Shown here: piece after piece, positions 18,242-28,552 of the stretch
Numbering within the stretch: the stretch's first letter is position 1
Layout: each line of letters begins with the position of its first letter
NCBI GenBank assembly: GCA_015522685.1
Contig: WALU01000016.1
Span: 1-59,002, forward strand
Direction: 5' to 3'
Length of the DNA stretch: 59,002 nucleotides
Origin: Thermoproteota archaeon
Lineage (GTDB): Archaea > Korarchaeota > Korarchaeia > Korarchaeales > Korarchaeaceae
Notes under the pieces: model-generated
Told to the model about the DNA's origin: nothing
Databases searched by the model: none
The model's input: the letters and a program-made list of their open reading frames with translations, nothing else
Made by a program: the position numbers and the translations under genes

Positions 18242-19513
18242 ATGGGAAAGATATCGATAGCCGCGTTAGGTGGCACACGTGAAGTGGGTAAGAGTGCTGT
18301 ATTACTGGAGGCTGGTGAAACTAGAGTATTGCTAGATTACGGCATGAAACTAATACCTAAAGAACATCCCGAGTTTCCACCAATACCTGAAAGGGTAGAT
18401 GCAGTTCTTCTGACTCACGCGCACTTAGATCACTCTGGCTCCTTACCTAGACTAGTTAGCCATGGTAAGAATGTTCCGGTATATGGTATAGATGTCACTA
18501 GGGAGTACACCGAGCTGCTACTTTACGACACTATAAAAGTAGCTAAGATGAGGAAGCATAACATAGGTTACGGTCCAAAGGATGTCAGAAAGATGTTGAA
18601 TAACTTTAGGCCAGTGGAGTTCAACGTTCCATTTAAAATAGGTAACTTGGAAGTAATGGCTATAAACGCTGGTCATATACCGGGCAGCGCTATGTTCTAC
18701 CTCAAGTACGATGGTAGATCCGTCCTATACACAGGAGATTTTAATATGATACTGTCTAGACTCATGCCTCCAGCTAGCATTGAGGACATACCTCCCACAG
18801 ATATCCTAATTACAGAATCAACTTATGCAATGAAAGAACATCCACCTAGATCAAAGCAAGAAGCTCTTCTGAAGGAGATAGTGGTAGAAACCTTGAAATC
18901 TGGTGGTACAGCGATAGTAGCGGGGTTTGCAATCGGGAGGCTGCTTGAGGTTGCCATGGCCCTTAGATCTAGAGGATTCAGAGGAAGACTCTTCTTGGAT
19001 GGAATGGCTAGAAAGAGCACAGAAATAACGGAATACTTCTCTAACAGGGTGAGAGATTCGGATGATCTGAGGTTGGCTATTAGGAGCATAACATCTGTGA
19101 GAAATTGGTATGTGAGGAAGAAAATAGCAAAGAAATCAGACGTTATCTTAACTACATCTGGAATGTTGGAGGGAGGACCCGTCCACTACTACCTAAAGGA
19201 GAAGAAGGAGGATGAGAATAGCACAGTAACCCTGACAGGTTATCAGGTGGAAGGCACGGAAGGGAGGAGGCTTTTAGAGGAAGGAAAAATGGAAATAGAA
19301 GGAGAAGAAACTTGGATAATGATGAAAGTAAATCAGCTTAACTTCTCGGCTCATACGGGCAGATCTGGAATATTGAGTCTGATAAAGGAGCTCAGGCCTG
19401 AAAGTGTTATGGTGGTTCATGGAGAGAATTCAGACATGTTTGCAAATGAGCTAGAGGAAAAGATGGGTGTATCTGCCTTCTCTCCAGAGATAGAAGAGGA
19501 AGCAATATTCTAA
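18242..19513 (+). CDS. Beta-CASP metallo-beta-lactamase ribonuclease (aCPSF2-like, no KH domains)
   Basis: GG-x-REVGKS, THAHLDHSG, AGHIPGS, YTGDF, ESTY, SGMLEGG, FSAH and VHGE. Confidence 0.92.
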   Translation: MGKISIAALGGTREVGKSAVLLEAGETRVLLDYGMKLIPKEHPEFPPIPERVDAVLLTHAHLDHSGSLPRLVSHGKNVPVYGIDVTREYTELLLYDTIKVAKMRKHNIGYGPKDVRKMLNNFRPVEFNVPFKIGNLEVMAINAGHIPGSAMFYLKYDGRSVLYTGDFNMILSRLMPPASIEDIPPTDILITESTYAMKEHPPRSKQEALLKEIVVETLKSGGTAIVAGFAIGRLLEVAMALRSRGFRGRLFLDGMARKSTEITEYFSNRVRDSDDLRLAIRSITSVRNWYVRKKIAKKSDVILTTSGMLEGGPVHYYLKEKKEDENSTVTLTGYQVEGTEGRRLLEEGKMEIEGEETWIMMKVNQLNFSAHTGRSGILSLIKELRPESVMVVHGENSDMFANELEEKMGVSAFSPEIEEEAIF

Positions 19514-19757
19514 TAATCTAACTTTGGGATAATAACTTTCACTTTGGCCTCCTTTACTCCATCGACTTTTTCCGCTGCCCTTTTTATTGCTAAGACTAGA
19601 AAGTTGAGAAAAGGGCATTTAAAACAAAATCTATCCAAACTACCTCATTCTCTTCTCTAACATTCCTTACTAAACCAGCCTCCACAACATCCTCCCTCAG
19701 CTCAGAATCCCTTATCTTCTTGAGTGCCTCCCAAACTCTCCTTTCAACATCATTCAT
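19510..19757 (-). pseudogene. DUF59/SufT (MIP18-like) Fe-S assembly protein, split by a frameshift
   Basis: Not in the ORF track. Frame 0 reads [33 protein letters not shown]...WIDFV and stops at 19596. The -1 frame continues KCPFLNFLVLAIKRAAEKVDGVKEAKVKVIIPKLDY*. Confidence 0.75.
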
Positions 19758-20838
19758 CGGTTTTTTCCCTCAGTACAAAGTCTAAGGGAAATACTTGCAA
19801 TACTTTCCTATTATCTGTGGGTATAACTTCAACGAGCCTTCCAATGAGACCAAGGTCCTTTATTTCTTCTGCTATCTCTTGGAACTTATACGCATCTATG
19901 AGAAGTTTTTCCTCCCTAAGAATTCCCCCATACTCTGTGTAGAGGTACATAAGAGTCTCTTTAGGTCCTTGGACCTCGCCATAAATAAGTGTACCCTCAT
20001 CAGTGGGAATTTCATACTCACGTGCGACATTACCTGATCTTCTTGTCCATCTCATTCTAACTTGGTATTCCTTCTGGAGAGCAGGACAAAAGTATCCCAT
20101 TATTGAAGTTTCCTTTTCTATGAACCTGAGGACGTCTATTGCAGCTTCTCTGCTCTCCAAAACTGCGACCTCGCTGTCAGGTTTTGGCCTAAATCCCATA
20201 GATAAAAGTCTTTTTCTATTAGATGGGGTGAATTCAAGCTCATTTAAATTCATGAAACTTGCATCTATTTTATCTAGGTAAGAAGCAAGTTCCTTAAGGG
20301 ATCTTATCCACTTTTTCCCTGGTATAGAAGGCATCTCAGCTCCCACGTAGAATCCCATATCCAAAGCCATCTTAACTTTCTTCCATAGCCTTTTATCCCA
20401 TACATGGAATCTTATCTCATCTAATCCAGCTTTAATAAGCATTTTTAAGCTACTCTCGTTTATTTTCCAAGCATTAGTATACATATGAATATGAAAACCC
20501 TTGCCGAATCGGTCCTTTAACAGTTCAATATAATGAGCTACCTTATGCAGTACAAGAGAGGGCTCTCCTCCTGTTATTCCAGCACCTAGGGCGGAAATTA
20601 ATTCTGCTTCTCTTATTATATCCTCTTCCTTTCTAACTGGATTCTCATCCACCATAACTAGATTCTTGTTTCTCCTCCAATTCGATATGGTGCAATAAGG
20701 GCATCTCTCATATAGAGGACACTTTCCAGTGACGAAAAGGACTAATTTAGCTCCTCTCCAGCAAAGATCGCATCCTCTGCTCCATCCCCTAACCCTAAGT
20801 GCTCCTAAAGGAAGCTCTTCCATACCTATCCACGCCAA
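19750..20838 (-). CDS. Radical SAM protein (COG2108-like)
   Basis: GCDLC[14 protein letters not shown], [29 protein letters not shown] and NLNELEF. Confidence 0.85.
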   Translation of the reverse strand: MAWIGMEELPLGALRVRGWSRGCDLCWRGAKLVLFVTGKCPLYERCPYCTISNWRRNKNLVMVDENPVRKEEDIIREAELISALGAGITGGEPSLVLHKVAHYIELLKDRFGKGFHIHMYTNAWKINESSLKMLIKAGLDEIRFHVWDKRLWKKVKMALDMGFYVGAEMPSIPGKKWIRSLKELASYLDKIDASFMNLNELEFTPSNRKRLLSMGFRPKPDSEVAVLESREAAIDVLRFIEKETSIMGYFCPALQKEYQVRMRWTRRSGNVAREYEIPTDEGTLIYGEVQGPKETLMYLYTEYGGILREEKLLIDAYKFQEIAEEIKDLGLIGRLVEVIPTDNRKVLQVFPLDFVLREKTDE

Positions 20839-22064
20839 CTGGAGAGATATCTTTCCTGCTCTGGAGCCAAATTGTCAATCTCTATACCCATTGATTTTAG
20901 CTTAAGCCTAGCTACTTTCTCGTCTATGTCCCTGGGAACTGGAAGAACTTTAGGAGGTAGGTTCTTTCCTTCCTTCACTAGATATTCGACAGCTAAAGCT
21001 TGATTGGAGAAGCTCATGTCCATGACTTCACTTGGATGTCCCTCGGCAGCTACCAAATTAACTAACCTTCCTTCTCCTAGCAGATATACCCTTCTACCAT
21101 TAGGCAATAGGTACTCCTTAACGTTCTCTCTTATCTGTCTGCTGGATAGCGCCATAAGCTCAAGATCATTTACAGAGACTTCTACATCAAAATGACCGGC
21201 ATTGGCAAGGATAGTTCCCTCCTTCATAAGACTTATATGTTCTGCTTTTATGATATCCTTATCACCAGTTGCTGTCACGAAGATATCACCAATCTCAGCC
21301 GCTTTCTTCATGGGCATAACTATATAGCCATCCATTGCTGCGAGGAGAGCTTTTATCGGATCAACTTCTGTTACTATCACCTTGGCTCCCATCCCACGAG
21401 CTCTCATTGCAATACCTCTTCCTACATGTCCATAGCCAGCAACTACAAACCACTTCCCAGCTATCATGATATTCGTGGCTCTTAGTATGCCATCTATGGT
21501 ACTCTGACCGGTTCCGTAAACATTATCAAAGTTCCACTTTGTCTCAGCATTATTTACTGCTATGAGGGGATATCTCAAGGCCCCTTCATCGGCCAATGAT
21601 CTTATCCTTATTACTCCCGTAGTGGTTTCCTCAGTCCCTCCTAAAATATTGGAAGCATATCTCTTTTCATGGGCCATTACGGTTATATCTCCTCCATCAT
21701 CCATAGTTATCTGGGGATTACATGATAAATTGCTCTCTATAGCCCTATAATAATCATTCTTAGACATTCCTCTCCAAGCATACACATCTATACCCTCATC
21801 AACAAGGGCAGCGGCCACATCATCTTGGGTAGAAAGCGGATTCGAGGCAGAAAGGCAAACTTCGGCCCCCCCCTCCTTCAAAGTTAGGGCTAGTACTGCC
21901 GTCTCCTTGGTGACATGCAGACATGCGGAGACCCTCACATCCTTTAATGGCTTTTCGCTGGAAAACCTCTCAGCTATGCTAGAAAGAACTGGCATATGAG
22001 CCTTAGCCCACTCAATCTTCAATCCTCCCTTCTCAGCCAACTTATGGTCCTTTACTCTCGGCAT
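20826..22064 (-). CDS. ahcY: Adenosylhomocysteinase
   Basis: [38 protein letters not shown] and GRLVNL...[11 protein letters not shown]. Start taken at ATG 22064. Confidence 0.97.
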   Translation of the reverse strand: MPRVKDHKLAEKGGLKIEWAKAHMPVLSSIAERFSSEKPLKDVRVSACLHVTKETAVLALTLKEGGAEVCLSASNPLSTQDDVAAALVDEGIDVYAWRGMSKNDYYRAIESNLSCNPQITMDDGGDITVMAHEKRYASNILGGTEETTTGVIRIRSLADEGALRYPLIAVNNAETKWNFDNVYGTGQSTIDGILRATNIMIAGKWFVVAGYGHVGRGIAMRARGMGAKVIVTEVDPIKALLAAMDGYIVMPMKKAAEIGDIFVTATGDKDIIKAEHISLMKEGTILANAGHFDVEVSVNDLELMALSSRQIRENVKEYLLPNGRRVYLLGEGRLVNLVAAEGHPSEVMDMSFSNQALAVEYLVKEGKNLPPKVLPVPRDIDEKVARLKLKSMGIEIDNLAPEQERYLSSWRG

Positions 22065-22099
22065 AACGCATCGATGTTCTAATCTTTTGGGAAATAAAA

Positions 22100-22321
22100 T
22101 CACTTCCTTTTAGTTATCTGAATGCTCCAATAATCTCCCTTCCTAACTACCCCTTTAAGGATGTGACCCGTCCTCTTAACCCACTCATACACGTCATCTA
22201 TTGAATTCCTGTCATTAACGAGGAAATTCAGAGTTTCTCCAGAATCTGCTTTCTTAATGGTCTTAGCTATCTGTATTATTGGATACGGACTTCTCTTACC
22301 TCTAAGGTCCATGGTCCTCAT
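22100..22321 (-). CDS. TusA/SirA-like protein lacking the catalytic cysteine
   Basis: DLRG-x-x-SPYP aligns to D-x-RG-x-x-CPxP; size and fold pattern fit TusA. Confidence 0.8.
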   Translation of the reverse strand: MRTMDLRGKRSPYPIIQIAKTIKKADSGETLNFLVNDRNSIDDVYEWVKRTGHILKGVVRKGDYWSIQITKRK

Positions 22322-22851
22322 GGGCTCATTACCCTCTTACCTAGTGCCTCCCAAATGGCTTCATCACCTATGGATTCTCCAACTATCTTATACATAAGGT
22401 AAGCATCTTCTCCATCGGCATAATAGGAATGTATTGCTCCAAGTTTCCTGTATCCAAGCCCCCCATATAACAATATAGCAGGATCGTTGGATACCCTCAC
22501 CTCCAAATAAATAGCATCTGCTCCATAGCTCTTCAAACCCCCTTCGGCCCTAATCATCAAGGCTCTACCTACTCCCCTTCTTCTATGCTTCTTGCTAACT
22601 GCTATAGAGAGGACATGGCCAAATAGAAGGGTCATTTTCTTTGTATAATAATTCTCAACTCTACACATTACGTAACCGATCACTTTTCCTTCATCATTTT
22701 CGGCAACAAGGAAGCTGCTAGGAAATCTTCTGTAATTCTCTATAAAGAAGTAACTAGGGTAGTTCTCAGGAAGGAATATCCTATTTATCCTCTCAACTTC
22801 ATCAAGGTCCTCAGGTCCAAAAGGCCTAATTCTATATTCCTGTAGAATCAC
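22318..22851 (-). CDS. N-terminal acetyltransferase Ard1/RimI family
   Basis: LPENY, IGYVM, GHVLSIAV, RRRGVG, LEVRVSN and YYADGEDA. Start placed at GTG 22851; the longer track ORF looks like an unrelated extension. Confidence 0.9.
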   Translation of the reverse strand: MILQEYRIRPFGPEDLDEVERINRIFLPENYPSYFFIENYRRFPSSFLVAENDEGKVIGYVMCRVENYYTKKMTLLFGHVLSIAVSKKHRRRGVGRALMIRAEGGLKSYGADAIYLEVRVSNDPAILLYGGLGYRKLGAIHSYYADGEDAYLMYKIVGESIGDEAIWEALGKRVMSP

Positions 22852-23258
22852 AATAGATCTTAAAAAAGGTATATTTTTAAACAAGTGGTATATACTTATG
22901 TCGAAAATACCATCGTCGATAGAGAAAGTATCTGAGAGCCTTGGAGTTATAAATGCTAATCTACTATTCAGGCTAGGCTCCATAAAATTCATCTTATCAG
23001 ATATATTATCTAAAGATTTTAGAGAGAAATTCATGGAAGTTCTAAGTAAAGTATAACTCATGAGATTAAACGCTGATCTTGGGGACGCTGTGATGCTCCT
23101 AGCAATATTCTTGTAATTCAAATCAATATCTTTAGATGATATAATAAGATATCTAGTATCTAAGAAGAGGAAGGGATTTACGGCATATATCCTTATACTT
23201 TTTCTCTTCCTTCTTATCACCCAATAAATTAAAATCTAACTTTTACCATTTTTCTAGA

Positions 23259-24074
23259 ATGAATCACGAAGATTACGATGAAAAAATAGCAGAGAAGGAA
23301 GAGCTTGATGAGAGAATTCATGAGTTGAGGAACTTAGTGAACAAGCTTAGGCAAGAAGTTGAATCCCTGAATAATAAGCATGAAACCCTCATTAAGGAAG
23401 TGAAAGAGCTTCAACAGAAGAAGCTCAAGCTTGAGGAGGAAATATCAAAAAATGAGGTGAAATTAGGAAGTCTAAGGACGCAAATAGATGAGCTAGAGGG
23501 GGACTTAGATTCTCTGAAGGAAGGCAAAGAGAGAATAAAGGCTGAACTAAATTCTCTAGAATCAAGTAAATCTGTAATCAATGCTGAAGTTTCTTCCCTC
23601 CAATCAAAGAGATCGGCGATAAAGGAGCAGGAGGAGTCTCTTAAGCAACATGTTAATGAGCTGGCTACCCAAAAAAACAAATTAGAGTCGCAAAAAGCTA
23701 TTCTTGTAGGAGAAATAGAGGAGTTGAGAAGAATAAGGAAAGACCTAAGCGATGACATACACAGGATGTCCAGTCAGATGAAGGAAACATCTTCCCTAAT
23801 TGTTGAGAAGGTACTGCCTCTATCCAGCAATCTATCTAAACTCATGGACCTCTTAATGGCTAATAATGAGAAGTTAGGTATAATATCTAAATCGCTGGGG
23901 GAGCTAAATTCCTTCTTAAATGATTTAGAGTCCAAGCAAAAAATACTAGATAGCTTGGATAGTGAAATAGAGTATAAAAGAGACAGAGTGGATCTTCTTA
24001 GGGCTGAAGAGGAGAGATTGAGGAGATCTATATCTAAGGTAAGAGATGAAGGTAATTCTGCTGAAGACAGTTAA
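23259..24074 (+). CDS. Long coiled-coil protein of unknown function
   Basis: Continuous heptad pattern rich in L/E/K; no recognisable catalytic motif. Confidence 0.75.
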   Translation: MNHEDYDEKIAEKEELDERIHELRNLVNKLRQEVESLNNKHETLIKEVKELQQKKLKLEEEISKNEVKLGSLRTQIDELEGDLDSLKEGKERIKAELNSLESSKSVINAEVSSLQSKRSAIKEQEESLKQHVNELATQKNKLESQKAILVGEIEELRRIRKDLSDDIHRMSSQMKETSSLIVEKVLPLSSNLSKLMDLLMANNEKLGIISKSLGELNSFLNDLESKQKILDSLDSEIEYKRDRVDLLRAEEERLRRSISKVRDEGNSAEDS

Positions 24075-24113
24075 GTTAAAAATAGGACATCCACCTAAAT
24101 TAGGGTATCTAAT

Positions 24114-24371
24114 ATGAATGCAGAAAAGGCAGAAAAGATAGTAAGAGATATTGAGATAAAACCCTCTATATTTGAGCAGATAAAGAAGGAAGTTCAAAGA
24201 TCGAAGGTGGTTACTCCCCAATCCTTAGCTCTAAAGTATAATATCAGAGTGAGCATAGCTAAACGATTACTCAGACAATTTGAGAAGGAAGGTCTAGTGA
24301 TATACATCAATGGCAACTCGAGGGTAAGGATTTATAGGAGAGCTAGGTCAAAAACTCCGAAGGAGGGTTAA
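24114..24371 (+). CDS. rps25e: 30S ribosomal protein S25e
   Basis: KEV-x-x-x-KVVTP-x-x-LA-x-KY-x-I-x-VSIAKRLLR...GLV...RIY. Confidence 0.85.
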   Translation: MNAEKAEKIVRDIEIKPSIFEQIKKEVQRSKVVTPQSLALKYNIRVSIAKRLLRQFEKEGLVIYINGNSRVRIYRRARSKTPKEG

Positions 24372-24403
24372 AGTTCTCGTTATACAAATTATAAATTTCC
24401 TCC

Positions 24404-24808
24404 TTGGGGGTGAAACATTATTTGAGGAATAGATCAGAAGGCATAGAGAAGTACCTAATATACATAAAATCAGACTTATTACTAAAAGAAATTTCAATAG
24501 AATTGATAAGGCATCTCTCACCTATAACAATAGAGAGACTTTATCGCCATCTTCCCATGATAAGCATGGTGGTAAGGGACAGTAATTTGCTCTACATATC
24601 AGCTCCCATAGATACGAGGCTTGAAAAACCTAGGACTTGGCTTAAGAAGGGGTTTGTAGCATATTCTCCAGCTAAAAAGATGATATTAATAGCTTTGGAT
24701 GATATTAGACTGAATGAGAGCATCAATTCCCTTGGTAAAGTCGTGGATGGTCTAGATGAGCTAATAAAATTAAGAACAGGGCATATGGTAAGGTTAGAAA
24801 GGATATGA
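24404..24808 (+). CDS. Cyclophilin-like fold protein (DUF3830-like)
   Basis: ELIRHLSPITIE...LP, EKPR-x-x-L-x-KG-x-VAY-x-P and N-x-LGKVVDG. Confidence 0.6.
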   Translation: MGVKHYLRNRSEGIEKYLIYIKSDLLLKEISIELIRHLSPITIERLYRHLPMISMVVRDSNLLYISAPIDTRLEKPRTWLKKGFVAYSPAKKMILIALDDIRLNESINSLGKVVDGLDELIKLRTGHMVRLERI

Positions 24809-25464
24809 TATCATTTCTATGGAAAGGCTGCTCTGCGATCTCTCTTAAGTTAGATAACTTAAATATACTCATTGATCCTGGCAATATTCTCTCATTGGAG
24901 GAGCTAGAAAGCTTCCTTAGTGATGGAAACTTGAATATCGTAATGTACACTCATGAGCATAGCGGACACTTCAATCCTATCTTACTGAAGGAAATCGTTA
25001 GCAAATATGATCCCTATATAATAGCTAATAAGGGAGTCTTTAGGCTCATAAGAAGATGGATTAATAGAGATAAAGTCATGAAACTCAAAGGGGGAGAGAT
25101 GGTTACCATACTAGAGACTACAATACATGCTTTAAGAGCAGTCCATCCCGGGGTGCATCCACTGGTATTCCTCATAGAACATGGTGGTAAGGCTATCTTT
25201 CATGGAGACGGCACGGGATTCTCTCAGATATTCGAAGCATTCTCACCGGTGGATTTAGCTTTTGTACCAGCTGGAAATCCATCCCCCAATGCAAGCCCTA
25301 ATGAAGCAGTAAGGATCATTAAGGTACTTGCACCTAAAGTAGCTGTTCCCATTCATGGCACTGATGAGGAACTGTCAGATGTTGAACACAAGATAAGGAG
25401 AGCAGGCTTTGATGTTGAGGTAGTAAAGCCAGAAAAAGGTAAATTTACTAATATTGAGATTTGA
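24805..25464 (+). CDS. Metallo-beta-lactamase-fold hydrolase with a variant metal motif
   Basis: ILIDP, THEHSGH (Gly in place of Asp), FHGDGT and VPIH. Confidence 0.8.
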   Translation: MISFLWKGCSAISLKLDNLNILIDPGNILSLEELESFLSDGNLNIVMYTHEHSGHFNPILLKEIVSKYDPYIIANKGVFRLIRRWINRDKVMKLKGGEMVTILETTIHALRAVHPGVHPLVFLIEHGGKAIFHGDGTGFSQIFEAFSPVDLAFVPAGNPSPNASPNEAVRIIKVLAPKVAVPIHGTDEELSDVEHKIRRAGFDVEVVKPEKGKFTNIEI

Positions 25465-26410
25465 AATGTTCCCATCCGCCTTCAATTACCTCATTTCCTC
25501 TACTGATGAAAACTCCTGGCTTATCAATGACGACTCCTATCTCAAGCAAGCTATATCCTCCTCTAGAGAATTCTCTCTCGAGATGAGGTAGGTCCTCCTC
25601 AGGAACCGTAAAAACTATGTGATACTCTTCTCCTCCATGAAATATAGCATCTATCTTGCCTAGTCTCTTATCCTCAAGGAATTTGGATATTTTAGGATCT
25701 AATGGGAGCTTATTTACTAGAAAACCATTTCCACTAGCTCTTGACAGTTCCTTCAGCGACCAGTAAAGCCCATCACTGCTATCTATGGACGAGGTTGCAT
25801 AACGTGATATTAAAATTCCCTCATTTACCTTAGCTTCAGGCTCATAAACAGCTTTAATTGCTAGGTTCCTCAGATCTTCAGGAAGGCTCATTCCTCTGAG
25901 AAGATGCTGAAATCCCAGCCAAGTTATGCCAAAAGTCCCCGTAGTCATTATCAAATCCCCAGGCCTAGATCCCTTTCTGCTAACTAACCTGTTAACCACT
26001 CTCCCAACGGAGAATCCAGCTATCACCAACTCCTCTGACTCTCCTAGGTCTCCTCCAGTGAAATATGCCTTATATTCACTAGATCCTCTCTCTAATCCTC
26101 TTATAATGGAGATGAAATCGCTATCTCTCATACTAATAGGCAGCCCAATAGAAGCCATGAAAAATAAGGGACTGGCCCCTTTCGCAGCTAGGTCCGAGAA
26201 ATTGGAAACTACGCATTTTCTGGCAAAATTTTCTAAACCTATCCCAGGAAGCAAGTCCGTGGATGATTCCATCATATCAGTATTAAAGACATAAATATCA
26301 TCGGAAAGCCTCCTAGCAGAAGCATCATCTCTTCCTAACTCTAGCATTTCATCAGGATCCTTAACAAGCAATTTCCTTATTAGATCAATGAGTTCCCTCT
26401 CAGGTCTCAC
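25448..26410 (-). CDS. thiL: Thiamine-monophosphate kinase
   Basis: G-x-DDA, SNFSDLAAKGA, GGDL, IDSSDGL and GGEEY. Confidence 0.92.
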   Translation of the reverse strand: MRPERELIDLIRKLLVKDPDEMLELGRDDASARRLSDDIYVFNTDMMESSTDLLPGIGLENFARKCVVSNFSDLAAKGASPLFFMASIGLPISMRDSDFISIIRGLERGSSEYKAYFTGGDLGESEELVIAGFSVGRVVNRLVSRKGSRPGDLIMTTGTFGITWLGFQHLLRGMSLPEDLRNLAIKAVYEPEAKVNEGILISRYATSSIDSSDGLYWSLKELSRASGNGFLVNKLPLDPKISKFLEDKRLGKIDAIFHGGEEYHIVFTVPEEDLPHLEREFSRGGYSLLEIGVVIDKPGVFISRGNEVIEGGWEHFKSQY

Positions 26411-26469
26411 GCTACGAACTTGTGAACTAAATGTTAAATCCTTTTCCCAGCAGGAGTATTGGTGATTCC

Positions 26470-27792
26470 GTGGTTAGGAAAGTCATTATCATGGGGGCTG
26501 CTGGACGAGATTTCCACAATTTTAACGTCTTTTTCAGGGGTAATGAGGAATATAGAGTCGTAGCCTTTACGGCGGCCCAGCTTCCAGATATAGCAGGCCG
26601 GACTTATCCACCAGAGCTAGCCGGACGACTATATCCAAATGGAATACCTATCTTGCCTGAGGAGAAGCTTCCAGAATTGATAAGAGAGAATAATGTTGAC
26701 CTAGTTGTCTTCTCTTATAGCGATGTTTCCTATCAGTACCTGATGGAAAGGGCAGCTATAGCTCAGGCAAATGGAGCCGATTTCATGCTATTAGGTCCCA
26801 AGAGCACGATGCTGGAATCTAAAAAGCCAGTTATAGCTGTTACAGCTGTCCGGACGGGTTCTGGTAAGAGTCCTACAAGTCGGAGGGTATCCGAGATTCT
26901 CAAGGAGAAGGGCCTAAAGGTAGCTGTAGTGAGGCATCCCATGCCGTACGGTGATCTGAGAAAGCAGATAATACAGAAGTTCATGACATTGGAGGATCTA
27001 GATAAATATAATACAACTGTAGAGGAGAGAGAGGATTATGAGCCTCATCTGATTCTAGGGAATGTTGTATTCGCCGGTGTAGATTATGAGAAAATACTGA
27101 GAGAAGCCGAAAAAGAGGCAGATATAATCCTATGGGATGGAGGTAACAATGACTTTTCATTCTACAAGCCCAACCTTATGATAACTGTAGCAGATCCCCT
27201 TAGAGCTGGTCATGAATTAACCTACTGGCCAGGAAGTGTAAATATCAGAATAGCAGACGTAATTATAATAAATAAGATTGATACAGCCTGCTATTCTGAT
27301 ATATACGAGGTTCTAAGCAATGTTGAGAGGGTCAACCCCAAGGCCAAGATAGTGATGGCTGCAATGCCATACACAGTAGATAAGCCTGAGCTAATTGCTG
27401 GTAAAAAGGTGCTCGTGGTCGAAGATGGTCCTACGGTTACTCATGGTGAGATGGGATATGGAGCTGGATTCCTGATAGCAAAGAAACTTAACGCCGAGAT
27501 AATAGATCCTAGACCATATGCTGTAGGGTCTATAAAGGAGACCTATAAGAAGTATGCTCACCTAGAATCGGTCCTACCCGCCATAGGCTACAGCAATAGG
27601 CAGATGAGAGAGCTTGAAGAGACAATAAATGCGGCTCCAGTGGATGCTGTTATCCTAGGGACCCCAACAGATCTCAGTAGGTATCTAAAGATAAACAAGC
27701 CAGCGGCTCATGTTAAATATGAGATTCAGGAAATAGGTTCTCTCACACTCGACCAGATAATTAATGAGTTCCTTGGCAGGGTGGGGCTATGA
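26470..27792 (+). CDS. COG2403 P-loop protein (cyclic 2,3-diphosphoglycerate synthetase / arginine synthetase-like family)
   Basis: MGAAGRDFHNFN, AVRTGSGKS, RHPMPYG, EEREDYEPH, WDGGNND and VEDGPTVTHG. GTG 26470 follows a GGTGA SD. Confidence 0.85.
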   Translation: MVRKVIIMGAAGRDFHNFNVFFRGNEEYRVVAFTAAQLPDIAGRTYPPELAGRLYPNGIPILPEEKLPELIRENNVDLVVFSYSDVSYQYLMERAAIAQANGADFMLLGPKSTMLESKKPVIAVTAVRTGSGKSPTSRRVSEILKEKGLKVAVVRHPMPYGDLRKQIIQKFMTLEDLDKYNTTVEEREDYEPHLILGNVVFAGVDYEKILREAEKEADIILWDGGNNDFSFYKPNLMITVADPLRAGHELTYWPGSVNIRIADVIIINKIDTACYSDIYEVLSNVERVNPKAKIVMAAMPYTVDKPELIAGKKVLVVEDGPTVTHGEMGYGAGFLIAKKLNAEIIDPRPYAVGSIKETYKKYAHLESVLPAIGYSNRQMRELEETINAAPVDAVILGTPTDLSRYLKINKPAAHVKYEIQEIGSLTLDQIINEFLGRVGL

Positions 27793-28547
27793 GCGAAGAA
27801 CCTAGAGAGAGAAGAATGTGGCTGCTTAATTGGAAGGAGTTCAGGGGGGCTATTGAAGATACCGATCTAGCTATACTGTCCATAGGGGTGAATGAAGCAC
27901 ATGGTCCACATCTTCCTCTAGGAGCAGACTTCATCATACCTGAGTGGATAGCGGAGCAGTTGGCTGAGGACTTAAATGCGCTAATAGCTCCTCCCATAAG
28001 ATACGGAGTAGTAACTGGCCTATCTGGCTACTGGGGATCCCTAAGCATAAGTGAAGGGACTCTGGAGTCCCTAGTTTATGATGCCCTCAAAGGATTATCT
28101 GATAATGGCTTTGAGAAGGTCATAATACTAAATGGCCATGGAGGATCAGGGCAAGTTAATGCCATAGAAAATGCAATGAAAAAAGCATGGAGAGAGCTAG
28201 GGATCAGGAGTGCAGCAATATCCTGGTGGGTTCTATCATCTGAGCTTACAACCCAATTCTTTGGAGGAAGTGGCGGTCATGCAGGAGTGGATGAGACTGC
28301 TATGATAATGGCGGTAGATCGAGCCCTAGTTAGAGGCCATATGGAAGATGGCGAAATATATAAAGTGAGGAAAGGTTCATCCCCCACCCCTCTTCCTGGC
28401 TCTATACTGGCATACGATGACAGGTTTATCTCTAAGATTCCATCGCCAGAGCAGGCTAAAGAGTTCGCTAATAGGGTTCTTCAAATAATTGGGGAGGAGA
28501 TCGAAAAGATTTTAGATGGATGGGAAAATCAGGAGTTTCTCCCCTAA
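27789..28547 (+). CDS. Creatininase-family amidohydrolase
   Basis: E-x-HGPHLP-x-G-x-D, NGHGG and HAG-x-DET; start overlaps the upstream stop. Confidence 0.9.
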   Translation: MSEEPRERRMWLLNWKEFRGAIEDTDLAILSIGVNEAHGPHLPLGADFIIPEWIAEQLAEDLNALIAPPIRYGVVTGLSGYWGSLSISEGTLESLVYDALKGLSDNGFEKVIILNGHGGSGQVNAIENAMKKAWRELGIRSAAISWWVLSSELTTQFFGGSGGHAGVDETAMIMAVDRALVRGHMEDGEIYKVRKGSSPTPLPGSILAYDDRFISKIPSPEQAKEFANRVLQIIGEEIEKILDGWENQEFLP

Positions 28548-28552
28548 TAGCC

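Noticed and set aside
23259-24074. Coiled-coil protein as an SMC or ESCRT component
   Set aside because: No ATPase, hinge or PspA/Snf7 motifs; function cannot be assigned from sequence.
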